A stretch of DNA of 34,746 bases from Fonticula alba ATCC 38817 (taxonomy: Eukaryota; Protista; Nucleariida): the NCBI GenBank assembly GCA_000388065.2, contig KB932205.1; one strand, given 5' to 3'. Positions 23,619 through 34,196 of the stretch are shown piece by piece. A program made the translations under genes and the position numbers. Position 1 is the stretch's first letter, and every line of letters begins with the position of its first letter. The notes beneath the pieces were generated by a model, which was not told where the DNA came from, searched no databases, and saw only the letters and a program-made list of their open reading frames with translations.

Positions 23619-24249
23619 NNNNNNNNNNNNNNNNNNNNNNNNNNNNNNNNNNNNNNNNNNNNNNNNNNNNNNNNNNNNNNNNNNNNNNNNNNNNNNNNNN
23701 NNNNNNNNNNNNNNNNNNNNNNNNNNNNNNNNNNNNNNNNNNNNNNNNNNNNNNNNNNNNNNNNNNNNNNNNNNNNNNNNNNNNNNNNNNNNNNNNNNNN
23801 NNNNNNNNNNNNNNNNNNNNNNNNNNNNNNNNNNNNNNNNNNNNNNNNNNNNNNNNNNNNNNNNNNNNNNNNNNNNNNNNNNNNNNNNNNNNNNNNNNNN
23901 NNNNNNNNNNNNNNNNNNNNNNNNNNNNNNNNNNNNNNNNNNNNNNNNNNNNNNNNNNNNNNNNNNNNNNNNNNNNNNNNNNNNNNNNNNNNNNNNNNNN
24001 NNNNNNNNNNNNNNNNNNNNNNNNNNNNNNNNNNNNNNNNNNNNNNNNNNNNNNNNNNNNNNNNNNNNNNNNNNNNNNNNNNNNNNNNNNNNNNNNNNNN
24101 NNNNNNNNNNNNNNNNNNNNNNNNNNNNNNNNNNNNNNNNNNNNNNNNNNNNNNNNNNNNNNNNNNNNNNNNNNNNNNNNNNNNNNNNNNNNNNNNNNNN
24201 NNNNNNNNNNNNNNNNNNNNNNNNNNNNNNNNNNNNNNNNNNNNNNNNN
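23619..24249. other. Assembly gap in the divergent OPA3/orphan intergenic region
   Basis: 631 N preceded by about 30 C. Confidence 1.
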
Positions 24250-24641
24250 CCTGGGGGAAACCGCCGGCCAACAGGCCTGAACAGGACCTCACCGGGCATG
24301 AACCCACGCCTGGTGTGTCTCAGCCCCGGCGCCTTGCAGATGGGCAAACCCACCGTTATAGATGCTTTTGGGACACCCGTGCGGTGCAAATTCCCCGGGG
24401 CTGCTTCTGTATCCCTCTCCCCTTTCCCCCCTTTTTTTTGGCTCTCCCCCCCTCTCTCTCCCCCTCTGCCTCCGTCTCCCTCTGCCCCCCTCTCCCCCGC
24501 CCTTCGGCATTTCTGCCCCCTTCTCCCCCCCCCTCTCTCTCTCTCTCCCTTTGCCCTGGCCCACTTCCTCCCTCCTGCGTAACCCAGGAGAGAGGGGCAT
24601 TTCCTGGCGCGGCATTCTCTTCTCCTACACGCCCAAGCAGC

Positions 24642-27600
24642 ATGTCTCTCCCCAATGGACACTCTGCCTCTGGCTCGAGCCTACCCCTCCATCAGCAGCA
24701 GCAGCAACACCAGCAGCCGCAACACCATTCATCGGCACAACAGCAACAACAGCAACAACAACAACAACAACCGCAGCAGCAGCAGCAGCAACCATCCATA
24801 ACCACGCACATGCAACCGACGATCGAGCAGCAGCTTCAATATCAGATCCAGCAGCAGCAGCTCCAGCTTCAGCAGCAACTCCAACAGCGGCAACACCTGC
24901 ATCTGAAGCAGCAGCAGCAGCAGCAGACGCACCTAGATCCACTGCAGCAGCCCTCGGTCGAGTCCCAGCTTCGCCAGCTGCAAGCGCTTCAGCAGCAGCA
25001 GCAGCGGCAACAGCAAAGCCAGCAGCAACAGCAACTCCACTTGCAAAATCTCCTACAACAGCAGTTCAGCTCCATCCAACAGTACATCGAGCAGTCGACC
25101 AGCATCTACGGGACTCAGCCGCGTCCGCACTTGTCCAACAATGAGTACCTTAGCACATGCCATCAGGACAGCCTGATGGCCCTGTTGCTGGGCAATTCCG
25201 GCGCCTATGATTTAACAGGCGCAGCGCGGCAACCGTCATCCCTCCTGTCCACTCCCCTGGCTCCCATCCATCCGAACTACCACTCTCACTTGGTGCCTTC
25301 CACGCTCCCTTCGGCCCCGGTGCCTGCCATGGCGGGAGCTGTCCCCAATGGCCAGCGGTTTGCCCAGGGCAACGGCATCATGGGTGTCGCCCCCTACTCT
25401 GCCGCTCAGACGCCCTCTGCTGCGCGCTCCCCAAGCGAGGTCGGCTCTTTTGCCGGGGGCCGGGGCATGCCGAGTACCGTCCCCTTGGCGCCATCGGCCA
25501 GCAGAGGTCCCGGCTTCCAGTCGAGCTCCCCCCAGAATGACACTCCCTCGGCGTTGGATTTTCCCGGGCGAACGCCTCACGCTGATCCTGTTGGTGCTGC
25601 GCCTGTGGAGGCGCGCCCGGCAGCCTCTGCGGCCCCTCCGGCCCCCCCGAAGAGGACCACTCTTTCCCTGCAGGTTGGCCCGTCGTACATCGCCAAGGGG
25701 CAGACATCACTCCCGGCCTTGAAGCAGCGGCTGCAGCTGGAGCAGCGGCAACGTGAGCAACAGCAAGAACAACAACATGAGCAGCACCAGCAGCGCCTAT
25801 TGCAGCAGCAACAGGACCAGCTCAAGTGGGAGCAACGCGAGCAACAGCGCGAGCAGGTGCGCCGGCATCGGCAGGCAATGCGTCATGCTCGCGAAATTGC
25901 AGCCGCCGGGGAGCACCTCCCAGCCCCCCTCCACCAGCAGCAACAGCGACAGCGCTCCCCCTCGGGTGACCTCCCCCCGGCCATGGATGGCATGCCCAAC
26001 CGCCCCACTCAGGATCGATCGCTTGGGCGAGCGGCCGCCAGCCCTGGTGCGTACTCCTCGGCCATTGCCCTGCCACCGGGTCTGCCCCCTCCGCCTGACC
26101 AATTACACAGCTCCACCGAGCATCCCGCAATCCCCATGTGCCAAACGCTCCCGAGGGTGCACCCCTCTGCTGGAGACCGATGATGGGGACCTCACCTCCG
26201 CCAGCCGGTCCAGCGGCTCCGATAGTTCCTCCCACTCCGGTGTCACCCATCGGCGCCGGGACCGTCGGTCGCGCTCCAAACGCGCCAACAAGAACCACAA
26301 CAATCCGCTTTTCATGTTTTCCGACTCGGGTGCGCACTTGCAAGCATGCTTCTTCTTTCTTTCTTTCCGCTTTCTTGCTTTCTTTGTGCATCTGTGTGTG
26401 TGTCTTTTTTTCTTGGGGGGGGGGGGGGTTCGCCATTCTTGTCGGTCACCCTTCGGCTTACCTGTGAGCGAATGGGAAATGCCCAGAAATCTGGCATCTC
26501 CTTGGCTTCTCGTACGATCCCATTCACGCGGTGGTCCGGGCCACGCACCCGGAGAACCCCTTCTTCCACCTGTCGAGCCAGCTGCTGGACCCGGCGCACA
26601 TCTTGGCCAGCCCGCCGAGGACATTGCCCACCACGCCGATCGGCCCGCGCCAGGCAGACCTCCTGTCCCGGGCTCGCCAATGTCTGCGAGACGATGCGAT
26701 GAGCAACTCCATGAAAACCCTGGCCGGGGGCAAGATCACGTCCAATGTCTCGCAGTTGTGGGACCAGGAAGAACACATTGCCCAGGTCCTTCGCCGGGTA
26801 GTGGTTGATGCTGCCCGGCGTCTGTCCAGCCCGGCGGACCTGCGCATTGCATTGGAGCACGTGGCCCAGGGGTATCCGGTTCTCGATGACCCGCACATGG
26901 ACGCACAGCACCTGAAGCGGCATCAGGAAAAGCAGCAGCAATTGGCCAGCCTCTTGGAACAGTACTCACCGCTGGCCAGCTGCCGGCCGTCCAGCTTCCC
27001 GGCGGATGCCTGTTGGATTCTGCCCATCCATCGGGCCCTCTATTGTAAGCTGTGTCGATCGATCGTGTGTTCCCCCTTGGACCTGATCCAGCCGGAGGTG
27101 GAGCTGGCCCCCGGGGTGGGGGACACCGACCGGGCCCAGGTCAATGACGCGTGCATCTTCGGCATGATGGACCACCTGCTGACCTTGCATCCGGAGCACC
27201 CGGTCGTCCGGCGATTGGGCCCCCTGCGACTGGCGACCACCGGCCTGGACCGCCTGGATGCGATGGTCCCGGAGGATCGAGCCCTCTTGGAATCCACCCT
27301 GAAAGAGTGGACCATCCCGGTGTTTTGCCAGTACTTCAGTAATGTCAGCATTTTCCTGCAGATTGATCCGATCATTGCGCGCTTGGCATTGCGCTTCTTC
27401 CAGACCCATGCCGATGACCCGAGCACCTATTGGACGGCCTACCTGAGCGACAGCCGGGCATGGTACTCCACGCACAAGGAGCGGAACATTCCCGTGACCA
27501 CCACCGCCCCGCTGGATGGGACGGCGCCTCCGGTGGGGGCTCCCGGCGCTGCTTCTGAGGCGGTCGGATCAGGGCGCGATATGTCGTTCAAGTCGAAGAC

Positions 27601-28561
27601 CTCCCCGGCCGAGAGGCAGGATGAGCAAATGCCCCAGTCGGACAGGCCCATGGATGTGGGGGCAAAGGGATTGCTGCCTGTGCCGCCGCCCGAAGCCGGC
27701 GGCCGCGGGGGCGTGTCTGCGTCACTTGAAATGGCTGATGCTGAATCTGCCCAAGGTCCCGGTTTGTCGCCGGCCACCGGTGCTTCCGAGGGTCCGGTGG
27801 CCGGTCCCCGTTCGAAGCCCGATGTGGATGCCGGTCCGGGTGATGGCGGTCCGGCTGCCACGTATCCCGCCATCCGGGAGAGCATGTCGCCGACCAAGGC
27901 CTTGCTGGGAGGGATGAAAGGCGCGACCATGGTGCCTCCCTCGGCATCGAGCTCGCCACTGGGCGTGGCATCCCAAGGATTCGCGACCCGGGGATCCGCC
28001 ATCACCGATGCCCTTGCTCAGCAGGCGCGGCTGTCTTCCTTGCACCGGGACGTCCCGACGGCCGGAATGTCCGGGAGTGGCGACGAGCCGGCACCGGCCG
28101 GCCAAGCCATGGCGCTCGATTCCGAAAGGACACCAAATGGCCCGGCCGGCGTCAAGCAGGATCCCCCGGCCCCCGGGCGGCCGAAGGAGGCTCCCACCGG
28201 GGCGAGTGCTCGGGGTGTCCGGGCTCCGCGTGAGTCCCGGCATATTCCAGTGTCGGATGGGACCCAGCGTGTCGTCGCCCCGGGTGCTGACCCGGGTGCC
28301 CTGCTGTCGGGTGCTGGCCCCTGCCCTCCAAAGGTGGATGCCGTTCAACATGCTCCGGCAACGGGCTGTGGGCAAGACGCCCCGGCGCCGGCCAATGCCC
28401 ATCTCGGCCCAACTTCAGATACCACGCAGTCGACCTTGCCACCGTTGACATCGACCACATCATCTCTCAAGACAGATGCCCAGCTTGCGGCAGAGCAGCC
28501 TGTTGGGCAACTGCCTTCAAGTGCGTTTGGACTCCACCAGCAACATCCCCTGTCCCGCGCG

Positions 28562-28597
<36 letters not shown>

Positions 28598-29277
28598 CAT
28601 ACTGATCCTCCATCCTTTTCATTCTCCCCTTCCTTTTGTGTCATCGATACATCGCCGAACCTGTGGCCATCGCCCTGTTGTCAGCTGATGCAAAGACAAA
28701 CGGTAATGCCAGGGAACCCCACTCAGACGACATGGACACCTATTCAGATGCCCTGGAGATGCCGGCCGGTGCGGTTGCCGCCGCAGCTGCCACTGCCAAA
28801 ACTACCTCCTCCTCACCAACTCTCTCGCCGCCATCCTCGCCGCCATCCTCGCCACGGCCGTCCTTCTCCCCCTCCTCGGATCGGACACCGGCTCTCAGGG
28901 CGGCGAGGCGCCAACGCCAGATCCCACAGGCGCGCGTGCAAGACCCCCCGCCGCCAGTGTGCAATAAGGCTGCCTCCTCGGTCTCTGAGGGGCTGCCGGG
29001 CGGCACGTCCCCCGCGGCATCGGATCCCAGCCAGCCAACCGGCCCGCTAGCAAGTGTCCAGTACTGCCCGCTGACTGGGGCAGCTTTGTACTCGTCGGTG
29101 TCGGCCCGGCACCCGGCTCCGATCAGCCCCGCCAATGCTCCTGGGACCTCTCATCATCGCGACTGCCCGGCCTCGTCCATCACCCTCGATGGTCAGCCCG
29201 TGGTCCTGACCAAGATGTCCCTCTCGTACAGTGCCTTTTTTCGGCGGGCACAGGCCCGCCGGCCACCGGACCACTAG
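24642..29277 (+). CDS. Hypothetical 1416-aa protein: polyQ N-terminus, central globular helical domain, disordered C-terminus; exons 24642-26046, 26111-26329, 26487-28520, 28685-29277
   Basis: Four long ORFs joined by three phase-1 GTGCG...AG introns; total 4251 nt = 1417 codons. No family recognised. Confidence 0.75.
24693..25035 (+). repeat. Coding CAG/CAA (polyglutamine) tracts
   Basis: Several mixed CAG/CAA runs in frame in exon 1. Confidence 0.95.
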
Positions 29278-29762
29278 CCGGTCAGCGAGGACCAGGGCGA
29301 CAGGCTGAGGCCCATTCTCGATCGACACAAGGGGAGCCAACAAGGGTTTCCCCCTCTCTCCCTCTCCCCCTCCCTCCCTCCCTCTCTCCCTCTCCCCCCC
29401 CCCCTCTCTCCCATGGTCTCTTCCTCCCCCTCTCTCTCTATCTCTCTCCTCAGTTCGCCCGCCGTTTCCCATTCCCCGCACCCGTCCTTGTGTATAGTAG
29501 ATGTAATGAATCCCGGCCCCCAATGTGGGGCACCCTTTGCGGTGTGACAACAGTTGCCTACGAGATTCCTGTGCGTTGGCAGCATTGCCGTGGGAAGGGA
29601 ACGTTCCAGAGGCCTGACGCGCCAACCGGACCAGCCTCCCTGGCCTGCGAGAGGTGGCTGGGAAAATCGGCTCCCGGTCCCACGATAAGTGCCAGGGGTC
29701 GCGCCGTGCGCGGAGGGGGAACCAGTGCGCTGGGACCGCCGCCCAGACCCGAATATGTGCAT

Positions 29763-29789
29763 GGAAGTGGAAGTGGAAGTGGAAGTGGA
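29763..29789. repeat. (GGAAGT)4 tandem hexamer
   Basis: Seen directly, about 660 bp upstream of the transketolase start. Confidence 0.95.
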
Positions 29790-30444
29790 CGCGGGGGTGG
29801 CTCCTCTCTGGAGGGAGGGCTGTTTTAGACCGGATGAGTAGAGACACGTTCGCCCGGCCGGTGAGGGATACCTTTCAGCATGACGAGAGTGTGTGTGAGT
29901 GTGTGTGTGCGCGTCCAACCAGCAAAAGGGTCAGTCAGCGGGGAAAAAAGCACAAGGAAGGGCCGCAGCCGCCGCAGCGCCGGGCCGTGGAGTTGGACGA
30001 GGGCCGAGGCGGGCCGGGGCGCAGGTCCCACGTCAGCCCCGATCGGTGGAGGGCTTGAGGCGGAGCCCACCCCGGGAGATGGACGTCTACCGAGCCCTAG
30101 TCACGGCCATTGTCTTGTCCGGCTCCCCCGCCACAGCCCTCCAGGCAACGGGGAACGGGGCACCCGCAAGGAGGCTGGATGTGACCGTCTGTGTGCGTGT
30201 GTGTGTGTGAGCGTGTGAGCGTGTGCCAATATTGATAGTGCCCGCGCCTGCCACGTTCAGCACAACGGCACCACAGCCACAGGCGGGGCGTGAGATGCAG
30301 GCTCAAATGCACCCGGCCCGTCAGGCCTCAACCGCCCTGGGGAGGGGGACAACAGAGAGAGATTTTCGCGCCCCGCCGTTGATCCCTCCATCTACTCCCC
30401 CCCCCCCCCCCCCCCCCCGTCCCGCTACCACCACCGTCACTACC

Positions 30445-30584
30445 ATGACCACCTTTGCCGATGCCCCCGGCGCCTCGCTGCGCGCCCAGTCCTCCGACCT
30501 GGACTGGAAGATCGTCAACACCATCCGCGTTCTGTCGGCCGAGATGGTCCAGGCAGCCAACAGCGGTCACCCTGGTACGCCCGG

Positions 30585-30615
<31 letters not shown>

Positions 30616-33082
30616 CTTCCAACCAAGTGCGCCATCCCGGCCTGTGGCCTCTTGCTGACCTCCCTCGCTCGGCCTCCGGCGCCTTCTGTGTCCCAGGCGC
30701 CCCGATGGGCTGCGCGCCGGCCACCTACGTCCTGTTCAAGAAGTTCCTGAAGTTCAACCCGAAGAACCCGAACTTCGCCGGGCGTGACCGCTTCGTGCTG
30801 TCCAACGGCCACGCCTCGGCCCTGATTTACTCGCTGCTCCACCTGTTCGGCTACGACCTGACCATGGAGGACCTGAAGGCTTTCCGTCAGCTGGGCTCCC
30901 GGTGCGTTTGGGGCCCCCGTTCCTTCGGCCTCCTCCTGGCGCTGCCATACTCACCAGCCTCCGGCCCCTGACCACCGCCCGCCCGCGCCCTCCCACTTGA
31001 TCACACGGCCATGCCCACGCACACGCACAGCACCCCTGGCCACCCGGAGAACTTTGTCACCCCCGGTGTCGAGGTCACCACCGGCCCCCTGGGCCAGGGC
31101 ATCTCCGCGGCCGTCGGCCTGGCCATGGCCGAGTCTCACTACGGTGCCATCTACAACAAGCATGATGTGCAGCTGGTCGATAACTTTACTTATGTCATGG
31201 TTGGCGATGGTTGCCTGCAGGAGGGCGTCGCCTCGGAGGCCGCCTCCCTCGCTGGGTACGCACATGCGCACACATGCACAAGCCATGTCCCATCCTCGCT
31301 GCCCGGGGGACCCTGCCGGTCCCCACGATATGACCCCTGGCTCACCCTGTGTGTCCGATGCCATGCTCGAATTGTGTCAGCCACCTCAAGCTCGGCAAGC
31401 TGATTGTCCTGTACGATGACAACAAGATCCAGATCGACGGCTCCACCGACCTGGCCTTCACCGAGGATGTGCGCATGCGCTTCGAGGCGTATGGCTGGCA
31501 GGTTCTCTCCGTGGCCGATGGTGACAATGACCTGGCCGGCATCGAGGCGGCCATCCGCGCCGGCCAGGCCGAGACCACCAAGCCCACGCTCATCTGCGTG
31601 CGCACGACCATCGGCTACGGGTCCGCCGGCCAGGGCACCGAGAAGGTCCACGGTGCCCCGCTCGGCGGCGCCGGGCTGACCAAGGTCAAGTCCTTCTTCG
31701 GCCTGGACGCCGAGAAGCCCTTCCACGTGGAGGAGGATGTCCGCGCCGAGCTGGCCGGCTTCATCGAGCGCGGTGCCGCCCTGGAGGCGGACTTCAACAA
31801 GCGCCTGGAGGCTCTGGCCGCCGCGGACCTGGCCCTCGGGGCTGAGGCGCGTCGGCGCCTGGTCGGCGATGGCGCTGGTGGGTCCCTGACCCCGAGCCAC
31901 ACCCTGCCGGCCGCCTGGCTGGCCGCCATCCAGGGGGTCGTGGACGGGGTGTCTGATGGGGTCACTCCGGCCATTGCCACGCGCAAGGCCTCGCAGATGG
32001 TCATCAATGCCCTGGCGCCGGTGCTGCCGGAGCTGATCGGCGGCTCGGCCGATCTCACCGGGTCCAACCTCAACTATTTGGACTGCTCGCATGACTACCA
32101 GGCCGCCACCCCGGCCGGGCGTAACGTGCGCTTCGGCGTGCGCGAGCATGCCATGGCGGCCATTTGCAATGGCCTGCACGCCTACGGCGGCATGTTGCCC
32201 TTCTGCGCCACCTTCCTCAACTTCATCGGGTACGTCGCGGGCGCGTGCCAGGCCCAAGTTCGGTCCCCTCCTCCCTTCTGACTGCTGATTCCCCCCCCCC
32301 CCCCCTCTCCCCCCCGGGCCCGGCGACCACCCACCACTCCTCGGATACACAGCTATGCCCAGGGTGCCTACCGCCTGTCCTGCCTGAGCCACCACCAGGT
32401 CATCTACATCATGACCCACGACTCAATTGGCCTGGGTGAGGATGGTCCCACCCATCAGCCGATCGAGACCCTGGTGTCGCTGCGTGCCACCCCCGGCGGT
32501 CTGACCCTTCGCCCGGCCGATGTGCGTGAGACCGCCGGCGCCTACCAGGCCGCCGTGTCCTTCCGCCAGGGCCCCTCGGTGTTGGCGCTCTCCCGGCAGA
32601 ACCTTCCCCAGCTGAAGGGCAGCTGTCACCTGTCCGTGGCCAAGGGCGGGTACCTGCTTGGGGAGCATGGCTCCGGCGAGCGCGTGGTCACCCTCGTGGC
32701 CACCGGGTCCGAGGTGGCCCTGGCCGAGGAGGTGGCCGAGCGTCTGGCGGCCACCCCCGGCGGCGATCTCCGCGTGCGTGTTGTGTCCATGCCCTGCACG
32801 CAGCTGTTCGACCAGCAGCCGCTGGCCTACCGTCAGGAGGTCCTCGGCGGGGTGGGGGCCCCGGTCGTGTCGATCGAGGCCGGCTCCACCATCGGCTGGT
32901 CGCGCTATGCCCACCTGACCGTGGGCATTGACACCTTCGGCGCGTCGGCCCCCTACACCGAGGTCTACCAGAAGGTGGGTCTCGTTCCGGAGGCCATCGT
33001 CCCTCGGGTTGAGGCCTTCCTGAAGCATGTCCAGGCCGCCGGTGGCCAGGCTGGCACCCTGCCCACCCTGCAGGAGTTCTAA
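30445..33082 (+). CDS. TKL1: Transketolase (fungal/bacterial type), 712 aa; exons 30445-30574, 30697-30901, 31031-31255, 31381-32229, 32353-33082
   Basis: Motifs SGHP|[18 protein letters not shown]|[14 protein letters not shown], the TPP motif GDGCLQEG...[17 protein letters not shown] and [18 protein letters not shown]. Introns are phase-compatible; total 2139 nt. Confidence 0.98.
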
Positions 33083-33107
33083 GCCTGTATTTGCGCTTGG
33101 CCATGTG

Positions 33108-33108
<1 letters not shown>

Positions 33109-33143
<35 letters not shown>

Positions 33144-33144
33144 T
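33109..33144. repeat. (GCGT)9 microsatellite in the transketolase 3' region
   Basis: Seen directly. Confidence 0.95.
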
Positions 33145-33413
33145 GTGCATGCACGTGCACGACAATGCACGGTGTGTTGACAGGGAAAGGCCCGGGGAGG
33201 GGGCTGGACAAAAAAAAGCAGGCCAGGACTCCCGGAGCCACTCACTCGAGCATGCCTGCGAGTGTGTCCTGCGTCCATCCCTCTCCTGTGTCGGAGTCCT
33301 CCAATCCATGGAAGAGGCGAGGAGAGGCAAGCGGCGAGAGCTCTGACGTTGATCTCGTGTGCTGCCTCTCTCCTTCTCCTCCCCCCCTTTCTCTCTCTCT
33401 CTCTCTCTCTCTC

Positions 33414-34196
33414 TTACATCTGAATATACCTGGCAATTGCTTGCTCGCCTCGCATCTGCGCGTGTGTGGTGCGAGACCTGTAGCATCGAAGGGCCGGTTC
33501 TGTTGGTGGGCTTCTCACTGGAGGGTCGATTGCGAGGCGCGGTATGGCATGGGCGTGTTGCAATATGTGGCCGGGAGGTGATACCGGCGCGTGTGACTGC
33601 CGCAAGACAGGGCCCCATGACGCCGGGGATGAGGCTTCGAGATCTGACACCGATCCTTCCTTGTTGGGTCTCCTTGAGGTTGCGGCCGGCGCACCTGCCG
33701 GCACCCGGGTATCGAGCACAGTCAGGCATTTTGACGGCCTGAACCCCATGCATAGGTGACACTCACCGCTGCGTAAACCGCCCCGAGTGATGGCGCACAC
33801 CCGGGAGGGGGCGGGGGGGGGGGAAGAAGGAGGAGAAACGAGGCCCAATCTGGGATCTGGAGACCGGTGCCGGGCTCTTGACGAATGCCCGGAGCCTGTG
33901 AGGGGCCAGGCCAGGGAGGGGGACCAACAGCCACAGGCACAGGCCGGGGTCCGGTCAATGCTCGCAGACCTGCCCACCCGCCCGCCCGAAAGGAGGACAT
34001 GCGTCTGGGGGAGAGCAGAAGGCGAAAGGCCTGCCGACCGCGCCGGCCGATGGAGAGCCGGCCGACGCAGACGGTCACCCGGCGACGTGCCGCCTCCCCC
34101 CGGCAGGCCTGACGCGAGCCTGGGCCCGCCCGCGCAGCCCATCCCAACACACCCCTCCTGCGACGCGCCGCCCGACGCCAGGTCAGAGAACCCCAC
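33414..34196 (-). CDS. Possible 3' part of a hypothetical minus-strand gene converging on transketolase, with a candidate 72-nt intron at 33766-33695
   Basis: Open frame ending TAA at 33414. The candidate intron has GTGAGT, CCTGAC and CAG. The peptide is low-complexity with no recognisable domain. Confidence 0.3.
   Translation of the reverse strand: MGFSDLASGGASQEGCVGMGCAGGPRLASGLPGGGGTSPGDRLRRPALHRPARSAGLSPSALPQTHVLLSGGRVGRSASIDRTPACACGCWSPSLAWPLTGSGHSSRARHRSPDPRLGLVSPPSSPPPAPSRVCAITRGGLRSGECHLCMGFRPSKCLTVLDTRVPAGAPAATSRRPNKEGSVSDLEASSPASWGPVLRQSHAPVSPPGHILQHAHAIPRLAIDPPVRSPPTEPALRCYRSRTTHAQMRGEQAIARYIQM

Noticed and set aside
29763-29789. (GGAAGT)4 as an ETS/GABP-binding array
   Set aside because: ETS factors are essentially animal-specific, and a simple hexamer microsatellite explains it.
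29834-30160. Small plus-strand ORFs upstream of transketolase (MSRDTFARP..., MDVYRALV...)
   Set aside because: No homology, no consistent exon chain, and typical intergenic composition.
31190-32419. 409-aa minus-strand ORF antisense to transketolase, and similar antisense ORFs over the kinase and polyQ genes
   Set aside because: GC-rich shadow frames that mirror the codons of the sense gene.
30445-33082. Transketolase as a bacterial horizontal transfer
   Set aside because: It has four spliceosomal introns and host-like codon usage. This subtype is the normal one in fungi and many protists.
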